This document shows positions 54,766 through 64,000 of a stretch of DNA of 64,000 nucleotides, one piece after another (positions within the stretch are counted from its first letter, which is position 1; every line of letters begins with the position of its first letter). This DNA comes from an uncultured Planctomycetaceae bacterium (GTDB taxonomy: Bacteria > Planctomycetota > Planctomycetia > Planctomycetales > Planctomycetaceae): the NCBI GenBank assembly GCA_963813715.1, contig CAWFAK010000005.1, positions 1,312,001 through 1,376,000 of the forward strand, in the 5' to 3' direction. The notes under the pieces were generated by a model, which saw nothing but the letters and a program-made list of their open reading frames with translations, did no database searches and was not told the origin of the DNA. The position numbers were made by a program, and so were the translations under genes.

Positions 54766-56108
54766 GTGATCTTCGGCTTCGGCAAAAAGAAAAACCAAAG
54801 TGAAGGCAGCGATGCCGACGTGGACGAAGTCGAGGACGTCGATTTCGTTCTTTTTCAGGGCGCGCTCAACGGGAAGGAAGCCAATCTCAACGCGCACGCC
54901 CGCCTTGCCGAAGCCGGGCTGATTCCCGCTAAGGAGATCATCACCGACTCCATCAGCCGACGCTGCGAGCAGCTGCGGATCGAGCCCAAGGGTGAGCGCA
55001 CCGTCGTCCAAATGGTGGTCGACGGTCTGGCCCACGCGGGCGGCCGACTCTCCAAGCCGCAGGCCCATGCCATCACCCAGATGATGAAGCTACTCGCCGG
55101 CCTGGACGTGCAGCAGCGTCAGCGGCCTCAGGCGGGCGGTCTTCGCGCGGAATTGGCCGGGACGAAATACCTGCTGCAAGTCCTGACGACTCCCCTCCAG
55201 ACCGGCGGCGAGCGGCTGATCGTCAAGATTCGCAATCTCGCTCTGGCTCCCAAATCCCCCGAGGACGTTGGCTTCTCGCGCGAATTAAAGGAGCGTATTC
55301 GGGAGCTGGCGTCAGAGAAACGGGGCATCTTCCTGATCTGCGGCGGTCCCGGTTCGGGAGTTTCCACCACCACGTTTGGCGTCCTGCGAAGCCTGGATGC
55401 CTATCAGTACACCGTCTTCACCTTGGGGGACACGCAGGGCTGGGAACTCCCCAATCTGACCAAACCGGAACGGAATGACGGCGACACGCTTGATGTGCTG
55501 TTTGAGCGAATGATCCGCTCGGAGGCGGACGTCATTTTCGTCGATCCGCTCCGCAATGCCGACACGGCACAGACCCTGGCGAAGTTCCAGACCAAAGCCA
55601 CTTTCATCACCGAGTTTCCCGCCGCGGACGCGATCAATGGAATCGCCCAGTTCGCCAAGCTCCTCGGCGATAACCGGGCCGCTGCCGATTCGTTGCTCGC
55701 CACGATGAGCCAGCGATTGATCCGCACGCTCTGCAAAGACTGCCGGTTGGCCTACCGCCCCAATCCCAAGATCCTGGCGAAGATTGGGCTGCCGCCGGAG
55801 ACAAAAACGCTGTATCGCGCCCCTCCGCCCCCGTAGCCGACGAAAAATCGGGCGAGTCGGCCGAGTTCTCCGTCTGCGACACGTGCGGCGGCACCGGCTA
55901 CCTGGGACGCACGGCCATGTTCGAGCTGGTCGAGATCACCGAGGCGATGCGACAGGCGGTAGCCGCTGGCAAAGGTCCCGCGGACCTGAAGGTCCTCTCT
56001 CGCAAGGAAGGTAAATTCAGTCTGCACCAGGAGGGACTGAAGCTGGTGATCGAGGGAAAGACCTCGCTGGAAGAATTGCAGCGAGTCTTTCAGCCCAAAA
56101 AGACCTGA
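54766..56108 (+). CDS. GspE/PilB-like secretion ATPase homologue with degenerate Walker motifs (frameshift near 55835)
   Basis: MKLLAGLD..R.PQ.G, GER, GGPGSGVSTT, SQRLIR.LCKDC; shifted frame CDTCGGTGYLGRTAMFEL...GKTSLEEL.RV. Confidence 0.85.
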
Positions 56109-56422
56109 TCGCAGCCTGTGTATTCGACCAAAGCGCGTTCGCCCTCGCCTGTTCTTCGACTTCCCGGCGGGGCCTGCATTTTCCCCATCTTGCCGCACCC
56201 AATTCCGTCCAAATCGCGGTAACGGAAAAGTTCGCCAAACCGGGTCAAATTTCGCCGATTGTGCCGTAGATTCCGGTCGTAGCGATCCGATCTATTCATA
56301 AGGCATGGGTCCCCCGGACCCGTGACCCGATTGCGTCGGCACACCGTAAAGGGAGCGGCGACCGTCGCGACCGTGTGAAGGACAGTGCGACGGATCGGGG
56401 AGGCCGAAAAACGGAGTCTTGC

Positions 56423-56725
56423 ATGAAAGCCCTGAAGTTTGCGAATGCTTCCTGGCTGGGTCTCGGCGCGGCGGCCCTGATCACGGTTGTCGCCAGCGCG
56501 GGCTGCCAGACCACGGTTGGCGGACAGGTACTGCCGTCAGCCTATTACCTGCAAGATGACGTCCAGTACTTCCCGGCCGGACCACAAGACAAGCTCTTCG
56601 CCGAAAGACGAGCGCTCGAGCAGTACAAGGCGGGCCAGACGGAGGAGACCGGTCCGCCGGTCGCTTCACCTCAACCGGCTCCGCCGGGCGGCGGTGCGGC
56701 GGCTCCTGCGCCTGCCAATCCCTAA
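56423..56725 (+). CDS. Small planctomycete-type conserved lipoprotein
   Basis: SAGC lipobox then QTTVGGQVLPSAYYLQDDVQYFPAGP. Confidence 0.8.
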   Translation: MKALKFANASWLGLGAAALITVVASAGCQTTVGGQVLPSAYYLQDDVQYFPAGPQDKLFAERRALEQYKAGQTEETGPPVASPQPAPPGGGAAAPAPANP

Positions 56726-56998
56726 ACTGCTCTGTTGAGTTTTTACCGATCCCCTCGCGAGACGTCCGCGTTCATTCATTTGACTCGTCGGTAGCGATTT
56801 TGCGTGCGGCGGGCTGTCCGAGAGATTGGCCTGCCTGTCGTCAGGGGGGACGCTGCCTTTCGCGGTCGAAGAGCTCCCGCGCTGCGCTTAAAGCGTGCAA
56901 CGGGGACTCCTCGACTCGCGAAAGGTTTTTTTCGTTTGTGGGCGGCCAAGATTCGCGAGAGCCTCTCCGCGTCGCCGCCCAATCACCTGGTGGGCTGT

Positions 56999-58747
56999 TT
57001 ACAGCCGCTTGGCCAGTCGCTTCGTCAGCCGGACCAGGGCCGGGCTGACGTCGTCGGGCTCGAGGTGGATATTGAGCAGACTGAAGGCGTCCTTGTTTTC
57101 GAGCGCTGCCTTGAGTGACTGATCCAGCTCGACCTCCGTGCGAATCTCGAACCCCCATCCGCCCCGGAACAGATCGGGCAGGCGGTGGTAGTTCCAGAGT
57201 GGAATGTCGTTGAAGGGCCCGTCCTGCAGGAACCGCTCGGTCGTATAGCCCCGGTTGTTGAGCACCAGTACCACGGGGTTGAATCCGAGCGAACAGGCCG
57301 TCGACAGTTCCATGCAGGTCATCTGAAACGCCCCGTCGCCCACGAGCACGATCGGCCGCAGCTTGGCGTTGGCCACCTGCACGCCGACCGCGGCCGGCAT
57401 CGCAAAGCCCATCGACGTGTAATACGCGGGGGCCAAAAACTCCGTGTGCTGATGGATCGTCAGGTCCGAGGCGGCAAACAGCGAATCGCCGACGTCGGCC
57501 ACCACGACCATGTTGTCCCCCAGCGTCTGGTTGATCCGCTGGAAGAGGCGCTTCATCGTGATCTTCGTGTCGGCCTTGGGCACGAAGGGCTCGGCTTCGA
57601 CCGACTTATCGAGCACCGGCGGCTTGCGGGCTGTTTTGTGTTCGGCCTTGGCCAGCTTCTTGACGAAATCGGACAACAGCACGTCGTGGAAGTGATGGTG
57701 CTGAATCCGCAGCTTCTCGCTGGTGACGTAAATGCACTTGGCCGGATCGAGGTGGGCGGTGTAAATGCCCAGATTGATGTCGGTCATGAAGGTGCCCAGG
57801 AGCACGACGCAGTCGCTCTCCTCGACGTAGCGACGGACCGATTCCCGCCCCATCGCCCCTTCGTAAACCCCCAGATAGAGCGGATGCCGCTCGCTCACGA
57901 CCGACTTGCCCAATAGAGTCGCGCACATGGGGATCTGGTTCCGCTCGGCCAGGCGGATGACTTCTTCCCGCAGGCCGAAGCGATGGATCTCGACGCCGGC
58001 GATGATCACCGGGCACTCGGCCGCGTTGATCAGCCGTGCCGCGTCGTCGACGGCCTCTTTCAAGGCTTGTTTGTCGCTGATCGGCTTTTCGGTGGGAGCG
58101 TGATAGGGGTAAAGGGCCCGGCTGTGCACGCGGTCACGAGGCAACTCCAGGTAGACGGGCCGCTTGTACCGGTCGGCCGCTTCGAGGCACCGATCGATCT
58201 CGCGAAAAGCGGTCAGCGGGTCGTCCAGCAGGGCCGAGGCGACGGTGATCTTCTCGAAAACCTCTCGCTGCGTGTTGAAGTCCCGCACGCGATGGTGCAA
58301 GAGCGGGTCGGAACGACGCTCATCGATCCCGGGGGCACCACTGATCACGATGACGGGTGATTTTTCGGCGTAAGCTCCCGCGATCGAATTGGCCAGGCTC
58401 AGTCCGCCGACACAGTAGGTGACGCAGACGGCCCCCATCCCGTTGACGCGGGCGTATCCATCGGCCGCATACCCGGCACAATCTTCCCGCCGCGTTCCCA
58501 CGACGCGGATCGGGCTCTCTTGCAGCATTCCGTAGAACTGCAGCACGAAATCGCCGGGGATGCCGAAGACGTCGTGGATGCCGTAATCCTGCAGCCGCTG
58601 GATGATGTACTCGCCGATCGTCGGGAACTTGCCGTTCGGCTTGGCCGGCTGCGGGGCCGTCGCGCGGGCCGCGCGTGTCCCATTCCGCTGGGGGGGCTGA
58701 TTCGATCGCGACTTCGATTCGCTGACACGCCGTCCACGGACTGCCAT
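56999..58747 (-). CDS. Alpha-keto acid (indolepyruvate/phenylpyruvate-type) decarboxylase, TPP-dependent
   Basis: [34 protein letters not shown]...NNRGYTTE. Confidence 0.9.
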   Translation of the reverse strand: MAVRGRRVSESKSRSNQPPQRNGTRAARATAPQPAKPNGKFPTIGEYIIQRLQDYGIHDVFGIPGDFVLQFYGMLQESPIRVVGTRREDCAGYAADGYARVNGMGAVCVTYCVGGLSLANSIAGAYAEKSPVIVISGAPGIDERRSDPLLHHRVRDFNTQREVFEKITVASALLDDPLTAFREIDRCLEAADRYKRPVYLELPRDRVHSRALYPYHAPTEKPISDKQALKEAVDDAARLINAAECPVIIAGVEIHRFGLREEVIRLAERNQIPMCATLLGKSVVSERHPLYLGVYEGAMGRESVRRYVEESDCVVLLGTFMTDINLGIYTAHLDPAKCIYVTSEKLRIQHHHFHDVLLSDFVKKLAKAEHKTARKPPVLDKSVEAEPFVPKADTKITMKRLFQRINQTLGDNMVVVADVGDSLFAASDLTIHQHTEFLAPAYYTSMGFAMPAAVGVQVANAKLRPIVLVGDGAFQMTCMELSTACSLGFNPVVLVLNNRGYTTERFLQDGPFNDIPLWNYHRLPDLFRGGWGFEIRTEVELDQSLKAALENKDAFSLLNIHLEPDDVSPALVRLTKRLAKRL

Positions 58748-58892
58748 TCTGGTTCTCCTGCTGACGTTCGCCAGGCGTTGAGCGGTCGTGTTTCGAGTCC
58801 GCCGCGAGAGTTCTCGGAGAGGGAGGCGGGGACCGCCGCGATCTGAGTGCCGGTCAGCCCTGAATTCTTCAATCTGGCACGCGCCAGGTCAA

Positions 58893-60140
58893 TCAACTTC
58901 GCGACCGGGCCTCAACACAGACAGAGGCTCCCCTCCGCAGACACGCGTCGATCACGCTTTGCACGCAGGCCAGGGGCATTCCCAGCCAATAAGCCGCCAG
59001 GAAAAGGAGCCGTCCCCGACGGCCGCTGATCGGCAGGTGATCATCGCGCCGTTTAAGCAGCGAATAGAGCCCGTTTCGCGGCAGGCGGGACAGGCAATTC
59101 AAGGCACTTTGTACCCAACCGAACGGATTCTGCCGCAGCGAAAAGTGATGTTCCCGCTCGATATCAAAACCCGTCGATGCGAGTAATTGTCGCAGCCCCT
59201 CGGCCGGAAAATGGAACAAGTGCCGTGGCGGATCGAGGTGAAACCATCGCGCTCCCGAGCAGCGGGCTTGCAGGCTGCTGTAGTTGGGCACGGCCACCAC
59301 CAGTCGCCCGCCCGGTTTGAGAAGGCGACGAATCTCTTGCAGAGTTTCGCGTGGATCAGGCAGATGCTCCAAGACGTGCCAGATGATCACCTGATCGAAA
59401 TAGGCCGACGGGTACTCTGCCTCGCGCAGACTCTTGCCCACTCGAACGACGGCTCGGGGATCGACGCCGGCCGCGGCTGAGGCGCTCATCTCGAAGCCGT
59501 GTGCCTCGAAACCGCGACGAGCCAACCCCGAAAGCAACACACCCCGTCCGCAGCCGACGTCGAGCACTCGTGCGGCCGGCCGCAGACCGCGCGACAAGGC
59601 CCGGACGTGCCGCGCCCCCACCAGTCGCACGAGCGCCTCAATCAGCGGAACGAACTTCGCCCCAGTGACGCCATAGTAACTCGGAGGATAAAACTGCGCG
59701 ATGAGTTCCGCGTCGGGCCGCGGGTGCACGCGCCCAAGTCCGCACTGTGTGCAGTCGACGATCCGCAGCCCGACCCCCGGCAGCGCGAAGCGGGCCCGCG
59801 CCCATTCGCTCTCGCAAACGGGACACGCGTCAACGGTAACCAAGTGACGCTCGGCCGCCGGTAACTTCTGCACCGCGCACTCGAGGCTGAAGTCCGGCCG
59901 CCCTTCGACTGCGGGGGCCACAGGTGCGGGCGGCACTCGCCGCAGATGGGCGACGACTTCCGCCGCATCGATTTCGCCAGGAGCCGGGCCCGCATAAGTG
60001 GCGGTCGCGCGACGTAACTCCGCGGCCAACTCTAAAGCAACGGCGATGGCGGATTCGTCGAATTCCGTGGTCGCCAGACTGCCGGATGACCGGTCGTCCG
60101 ATCGTTGGGTCCGCGCCAGCGAATGGTCGTCGATATCCAT
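58893..60140 (-). CDS. Class I SAM-dependent methyltransferase with an N-terminal CxxC zinc ribbon
   Basis: CPVC...CTQCG, LDVGCGRG, WHVLEH, LKPGG, VPN, PRHL.HF. Start uncertain. Confidence 0.88.
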   Translation of the reverse strand: MDIDDHSLARTQRSDDRSSGSLATTEFDESAIAVALELAAELRRATATYAGPAPGEIDAAEVVAHLRRVPPAPVAPAVEGRPDFSLECAVQKLPAAERHLVTVDACPVCESEWARARFALPGVGLRIVDCTQCGLGRVHPRPDAELIAQFYPPSYYGVTGAKFVPLIEALVRLVGARHVRALSRGLRPAARVLDVGCGRGVLLSGLARRGFEAHGFEMSASAAAGVDPRAVVRVGKSLREAEYPSAYFDQVIIWHVLEHLPDPRETLQEIRRLLKPGGRLVVAVPNYSSLQARCSGARWFHLDPPRHLFHFPAEGLRQLLASTGFDIEREHHFSLRQNPFGWVQSALNCLSRLPRNGLYSLLKRRDDHLPISGRRGRLLFLAAYWLGMPLACVQSVIDACLRRGASVCVEARSRS

Positions 60141-60339
60141 AGGCTTCCCGAGGAGAAAGGAGTCCAAGGGAAACCTAGGTCATTGCTGCGGGCGGCCGGA
60201 AAATCTTTCCAAGTTTGCCCGCTCACCTTGAGCCGCTAGAAACTGCCGATCCTTCGCTGTGTGGCGAAGTTAAGCCGTCGCGCGCAACCCATTGCGCAAT
60301 CGCCACATCCGGCATTTCCGGAAAATCAGGAAAAACCGC

Positions 60340-60367
60340 TAAAGTTTTCCAGTTTCGCTGCCGATAA
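60340..60367 (+). promoter_or_regulatory. Candidate sigma28 (FliA/WhiG) promoter
   Basis: TAAAGTTT-N12-GCCGATAA; consensus is TAAAGTTT-N11-GCCGATAA. Confidence 0.6.
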
Positions 60368-60434
60368 AGGGATGAGAGGCAAGATGCCTTCACGTCAGGC
60401 CCATTCCCTTCGAGCCTAGTCAGGGACGATACCC

Positions 60435-61196
60435 ATGAGACGGATCTTCTTGGCCGCCCTCGCTGCAGTCGCGATGCCGGCACTCGTCGGTTGCTGCTGC
60501 TGTCAGACCTATTACGATCCGATGGCCTGCGGCGGCTGCAATTCCGGTTGCTGCAATGGCGGCTGTGGGTACGGCGGCGGCTACGGTGGCTGTGGCGGAT
60601 GCGGCTGGGGAGCCGGCGGATGCGGCTACGGCGGCGGATGCGGCTACAACGGCGGATGCGGCTGCGGCGGGTGTAGTCCGTGCGGCGACGGCGGTTGCGG
60701 GCCCGGCTACGGGTGTGGCGGTGGTGGCGGATGCGGCTGCTGCATCCTGAGCCCCGTCTGCTGCCTGCTCCATCACATCCTTTGCCCCTGTGAATGGTTC
60801 AGTGGCTGCGGCCACAGCGGATGTGGATACGGCTACGGCGGCTACGGTTGCGGATACGGCGGTTGTGGCGGTCAGTGCTTCAACGGCTGCTGCGATCCGG
60901 GCACTGTGTTCGCTGACGGCGGCTGCGGCTGTGGCGGCACTTGCGGTGGTGGTTGTGGCGGCTGCTACGGTGGCTGTGGCCAACCGATGATGACGTCCGG
61001 TTACATGGGTGGCGGTTGCTCGAGCTGTGGCGCAGGTCCGGGACCGACTCCGGCCGTGGTGCCCGGTCCGGCTCCGGGGCCGGCTTCGTCCGCTCCTCCG
61101 ACCACGATGTACAATCCGTCGCCCATGATGCAGGGGACGCCCACCACGATGATGGACATGCGGAATTCCATGGCGACGATGCCCGCTCGTTACTAA
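60435..61196 (+). CDS. Secreted Cys/Gly/Tyr-rich low-complexity protein
   Basis: Signal peptide with LVGC, about 40 Cys in GGCG/GYGG repeats, Pro/Met-rich tail, AGGGA RBS. Confidence 0.8.
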   Translation: MRRIFLAALAAVAMPALVGCCCCQTYYDPMACGGCNSGCCNGGCGYGGGYGGCGGCGWGAGGCGYGGGCGYNGGCGCGGCSPCGDGGCGPGYGCGGGGGCGCCILSPVCCLLHHILCPCEWFSGCGHSGCGYGYGGYGCGYGGCGGQCFNGCCDPGTVFADGGCGCGGTCGGGCGGCYGGCGQPMMTSGYMGGGCSSCGAGPGPTPAVVPGPAPGPASSAPPTTMYNPSPMMQGTPTTMMDMRNSMATMPARY

Positions 61197-61349
61197 CCGG
61201 CTGACAATCGCGGCCCGATTGCGGGCCCGATCGTCCGGTCGATGCCAGTCCGCCGGTCTACAATGTGGCTCATGAGGACGAATCCGACGATCCAAGGTCG
61301 CGGGCGGCAGTTGCCGCTCGCGGCCGCGTCTTTTGATGGGATGTGAGCG

Positions 61350-62129
61350 ATGGTCGTCGCCGCCATCGATCGAGTTTCGCCCACCAGGCGTCCCGGCACA
61401 CGGATCGCCGGCTACCAAACGTGGCGCAACCTGCTCTTCTTGCACTGGCGGATTTCGCCCGCCGACGCGCGGGCCTCGGTCCCCGATTGGCTGAGCATCG
61501 ATACGTTCGATGGCAGTGCCTGGATGGGGCTGGTTCTGTTCTCGATGTCGGGCGTGCGTCCCTGGTGGTCGCCGTCCGTCCCGGGCATCTCGGCTTTCCC
61601 AGAGACGAATGTGCGGACCTACGTTCATTTGAACGGCAGCGAGCCAGGGGTCTGGTTTCTCAGTCTCGACGCCGGCGGCTCGTTCGGCGCACGGCTGGGT
61701 CGCTCGAGATGGGGTCTTCCGTATCACCACTCGGCAATGAAAGTCCGACGCCGCGGATCGCTGATCCGTTACGACTGCGAACGCCTGTGGCCTGGGAAGA
61801 CGGGCGTCGGCGGACGCGTCGAAGCCGAGATCGGCGACCTCTATTGCGGATTGCAAAGGAGCGTGGAAGGCGGACACGTCGTCCCCGGTTCGCTCGAACA
61901 CTTTCTCATCGAGCGCTACATCATGTATGTGCAGAAGGGTGACGAATTGCTCTGCGGACACGTGCACCACGTCCCCTATCCCCTCCGCGAGGCGAAGGTC
62001 ACGTTTGCCGAGCAGACGTTCTTGAGCGACCTGGGCCTGCACTGCGACCGTCCGCCCGATCACGTCCTTTTCAGCGAAGGCGTGTCCGTCGAGGTCTTTT
62101 CGCTGCGACCCATTCTCGGCGAAATTTGA
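61350..62129 (+). CDS. DUF2071 (YqjF-like) protein
   Basis: QTWRNLLFLHW, FPETNVRTYV, GVWFLSLDA, LPY, FLIERY. Confidence 0.9.
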   Translation: MVVAAIDRVSPTRRPGTRIAGYQTWRNLLFLHWRISPADARASVPDWLSIDTFDGSAWMGLVLFSMSGVRPWWSPSVPGISAFPETNVRTYVHLNGSEPGVWFLSLDAGGSFGARLGRSRWGLPYHHSAMKVRRRGSLIRYDCERLWPGKTGVGGRVEAEIGDLYCGLQRSVEGGHVVPGSLEHFLIERYIMYVQKGDELLCGHVHHVPYPLREAKVTFAEQTFLSDLGLHCDRPPDHVLFSEGVSVEVFSLRPILGEI

Positions 62130-62238
62130 GAGCGGCGGCCGGCCATCGCACCGTGTAAGATTGCCGGATCGATCTTGGCGCGAAGGTTCATGCGTAACGC
62201 ATTTACCGGGTTGTCGTTTTAGGTCGCGGGGGCACTGA

Positions 62239-62952
62239 ATGGGGACGGAACTCGTCGGCGACGCCATCTATCGGCGGAACGCGCACCGTGTAAGTTTGCA
62301 CCTGGATTCCAAGGAACTCACTCTGCGCGGCGAGCTCAAGCTGACCATCCCGCTCAAGGAGGTCCGGCAGGCCGCCGCGAAGGACGGTCAACTGACGATT
62401 GCCTGGAAGGACGAGAAAATCTCGCTCCTGCTCGGTCCGCAGTCGGCGAGCCTGGCGAAGAAAATCCTCAATCCGCCCGACCTGTTCCAGAAATTGGGCG
62501 TCAAGGCCGAGTCGGCTGTGTCCGTCGTGGGGTTGGACGATCGGACGTTTGTCGAAAGACTGCGGCAGCGGGCCGCCTCCGTCAGCGAGGGAAAGCCGCA
62601 GCCAAAATCGGACATGATCATCGTCCGAGTCGGCAATAGGGCGGAGCTCGATCGCCTGAAGACCCTGCGGTCCACGCTTAAAAGCAACGGGATGATCTGG
62701 GTGCTGTGGCGGAAGGGCCTCAAAGGTCCGAATGACGTCAAAGAGTCGGATGTGATGGCGGCCGCCAAGAAGCATGGTCTGGTCGACGTGAAGGTGGCCT
62801 CGTTCTCCGACGAGTTGAGCGCGCTCAAGCTCGTGATTCCGACCGCACTTCGCGAACCGGCGCCGCGGCCGACCGTCAAACCGGCTGCCACGCGAACGAG
62901 TGCGAACTCAAAAAAGCGGCAAGCTCCGTCGCGTGGAAAACGCCCGTCGTAG
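62239..62952 (+). CDS. DUF3052-like protein
   Basis: KLGVK, GMIWVLW.KG, GLVDVKVASF..LSALKLV. Confidence 0.8.
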   Translation: MGTELVGDAIYRRNAHRVSLHLDSKELTLRGELKLTIPLKEVRQAAAKDGQLTIAWKDEKISLLLGPQSASLAKKILNPPDLFQKLGVKAESAVSVVGLDDRTFVERLRQRAASVSEGKPQPKSDMIIVRVGNRAELDRLKTLRSTLKSNGMIWVLWRKGLKGPNDVKESDVMAAAKKHGLVDVKVASFSDELSALKLVIPTALREPAPRPTVKPAATRTSANSKKRQAPSRGKRPS

Positions 62953-63843
62953 CCCCGGTCGCCCGCACGCAACTGGCTCCAAGCGCACTCCCCACGCGGA
63001 CGCACTCAGCCATGTCGCCTCCGTCCAAGAGGGCGTGGACGTAGCCGGCGGCGAAGGCGTCGCCACTGCCCGTCCCGTCGACCAACTCGACAGGGAACCC
63101 GGGCGCCGAAAAACACCGCTGGGCCCGGCGACGACTGTCCCACGCGGCCCGCAGGTAATCACCACCGTCTCGACTCCGGCTGACCGAAACGCGCGGGCCT
63201 GCTCGGCCGCGTCGCGAATTCCCGTGATGGCCCGTGCCTCGTCCTCGTTAGGCAAAAATACGTCGGTCCAAGGCAGCACGGGCTCGAGCATCGGCAGGCA
63301 ATCCTTGCCTTCCGGCACGACCACGTCGAGTACCGTTTTCACACGCCGTTCGCGAGCCGCGCGAAACAGTGCGGTGACACTTTCGGGAGAAGGTCGATTG
63401 TTGAGGCCGTAACCACCCACGTAGACGACGCCCGTTTGCCCGAGCATCTCCAGCGAAATCTCGCTCCCGTCGAGCCTCGCGTTGGCGCCGGGTGCGTGGA
63501 TGAAGCGGCGGTCCTCGCCTTGCACGTTGACGATCATCGAGGTGCTCGTCGCTTCGCCGGGCAGACTGGCAAGATGTTCGACCACCACGCCCGCATTGCG
63601 CAGGGCGTCGCTCACGAACCGGCCGAACGCATCGTCGCCGACGCAGCCGACCACTGCCGCCTTGCGTCCGACACGGACCAGATCGACGGCCACGTTAGCC
63701 GCACAGCCGCCGATGCTCAGATGCGTCCGAGGCGTGAGGACCAGCTCACCGGGCTTGGGCAGACTCGCAATCGGGTCGCAGACGTGATCGGCGACCACGA
63801 TTCCCAGGCACAAGCAATCGAAGAGTGAATCCTGTTCGGCCAT
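62876..63843 (-). CDS. PfkB-family carbohydrate kinase (frameshift near 63100)
   Basis: GGCAANVA, VGDD.FG, PNEDE, ITCG.RG; shifted frame VDGTGSGDAF.AG. Confidence 0.88.
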
Positions 63844-63903
63844 AGTCCACGAAGATAATCGACAATGCGTGCGACGGTCAGCATCAGCCGCAGCTTATCG
63901 CAA

Positions 63904-64000
63904 TTACTCTTCGCAAGCTCGCAACATGGCTGCGAGCGGCTCCGGATCGGCCAGGCGATGATCGGTGCCGATTTCGATCAGTGCCGACTGGGGGAGGCCG
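63904..64000 (-). CDS. 3' end of a CDS, probably an alpha/beta hydrolase
   Basis: ...GLPQSALIEIGTDHRLADPEPLAAMLRACEE*; the DH could carry a catalytic His. Confidence 0.5.
   Translation of the reverse strand, partial: GLPQSALIEIGTDHRLADPEPLAAMLRACEE

Noticed and set aside
60435..61196. Cys-rich ORF as a RiPP precursor
   Set aside because: It has a Sec/lipoprotein signal and is 253 aa long, with no YcaO, LanM, SPASM radical SAM, peptidase or transporter nearby.
60420..62267. 615-aa minus-strand ORF, and similar long antisense ORFs such as 6753-7922, 4683-5909 and 32539-33642
   Set aside because: Shadow ORFs opposite well-supported genes, expected in high-GC DNA; no recognisable motifs.
62876..62952. 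Convergent 3' overlap of the DUF3052-like and pfkB genes as a regulatory device
   Set aside because: A short overlap of a low-complexity tail is common in GC-rich genomes.

Overview
A 64-kb, high-GC stretch of core chromosome from a Planctomycetota bacterium, probably Planctomycetaceae. The assignment rests on a DUF1559/H-X9-DG prepilin-like gene, planctomycete-type lipoproteins and a Cys/Gly-rich protein. About 57 CDS are supported, including glpK, a queC-queE-hpt-(AGT::endonuclease V) operon, prkA-yeaH-spoVR, aroB-dprA, rsmE, hflX, glgP, dapA, an ipdC-like decarboxylase and a small polysaccharide locus. I saw no rRNA, tRNA, CRISPR array, transposase or prophage. At least 12 otherwise conserved genes carry 1-2 nt frameshifts, most likely long-read consensus errors. 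No single clear-cut novel system is evident. The best leads are: (1) a bacterial alkyltransferase-endonuclease V fusion co-transcribed with preQ0 synthesis genes and a purine PRTase; (2) a Crp/Fnr regulator flanked by two CRP boxes next to a membrane protein whose zinc-finger lies after its TM helix; (3) a Cys/Gly/Tyr-rich secreted protein behind a near-perfect sigma28 promoter; (4) CsrA-type GGA-hairpin leaders, a sigma54 promoter for prkA and a structured element upstream of hflX; (5) several enzymes with substituted catalytic motifs. All family calls come from motif recognition by eye; no database searches were run.
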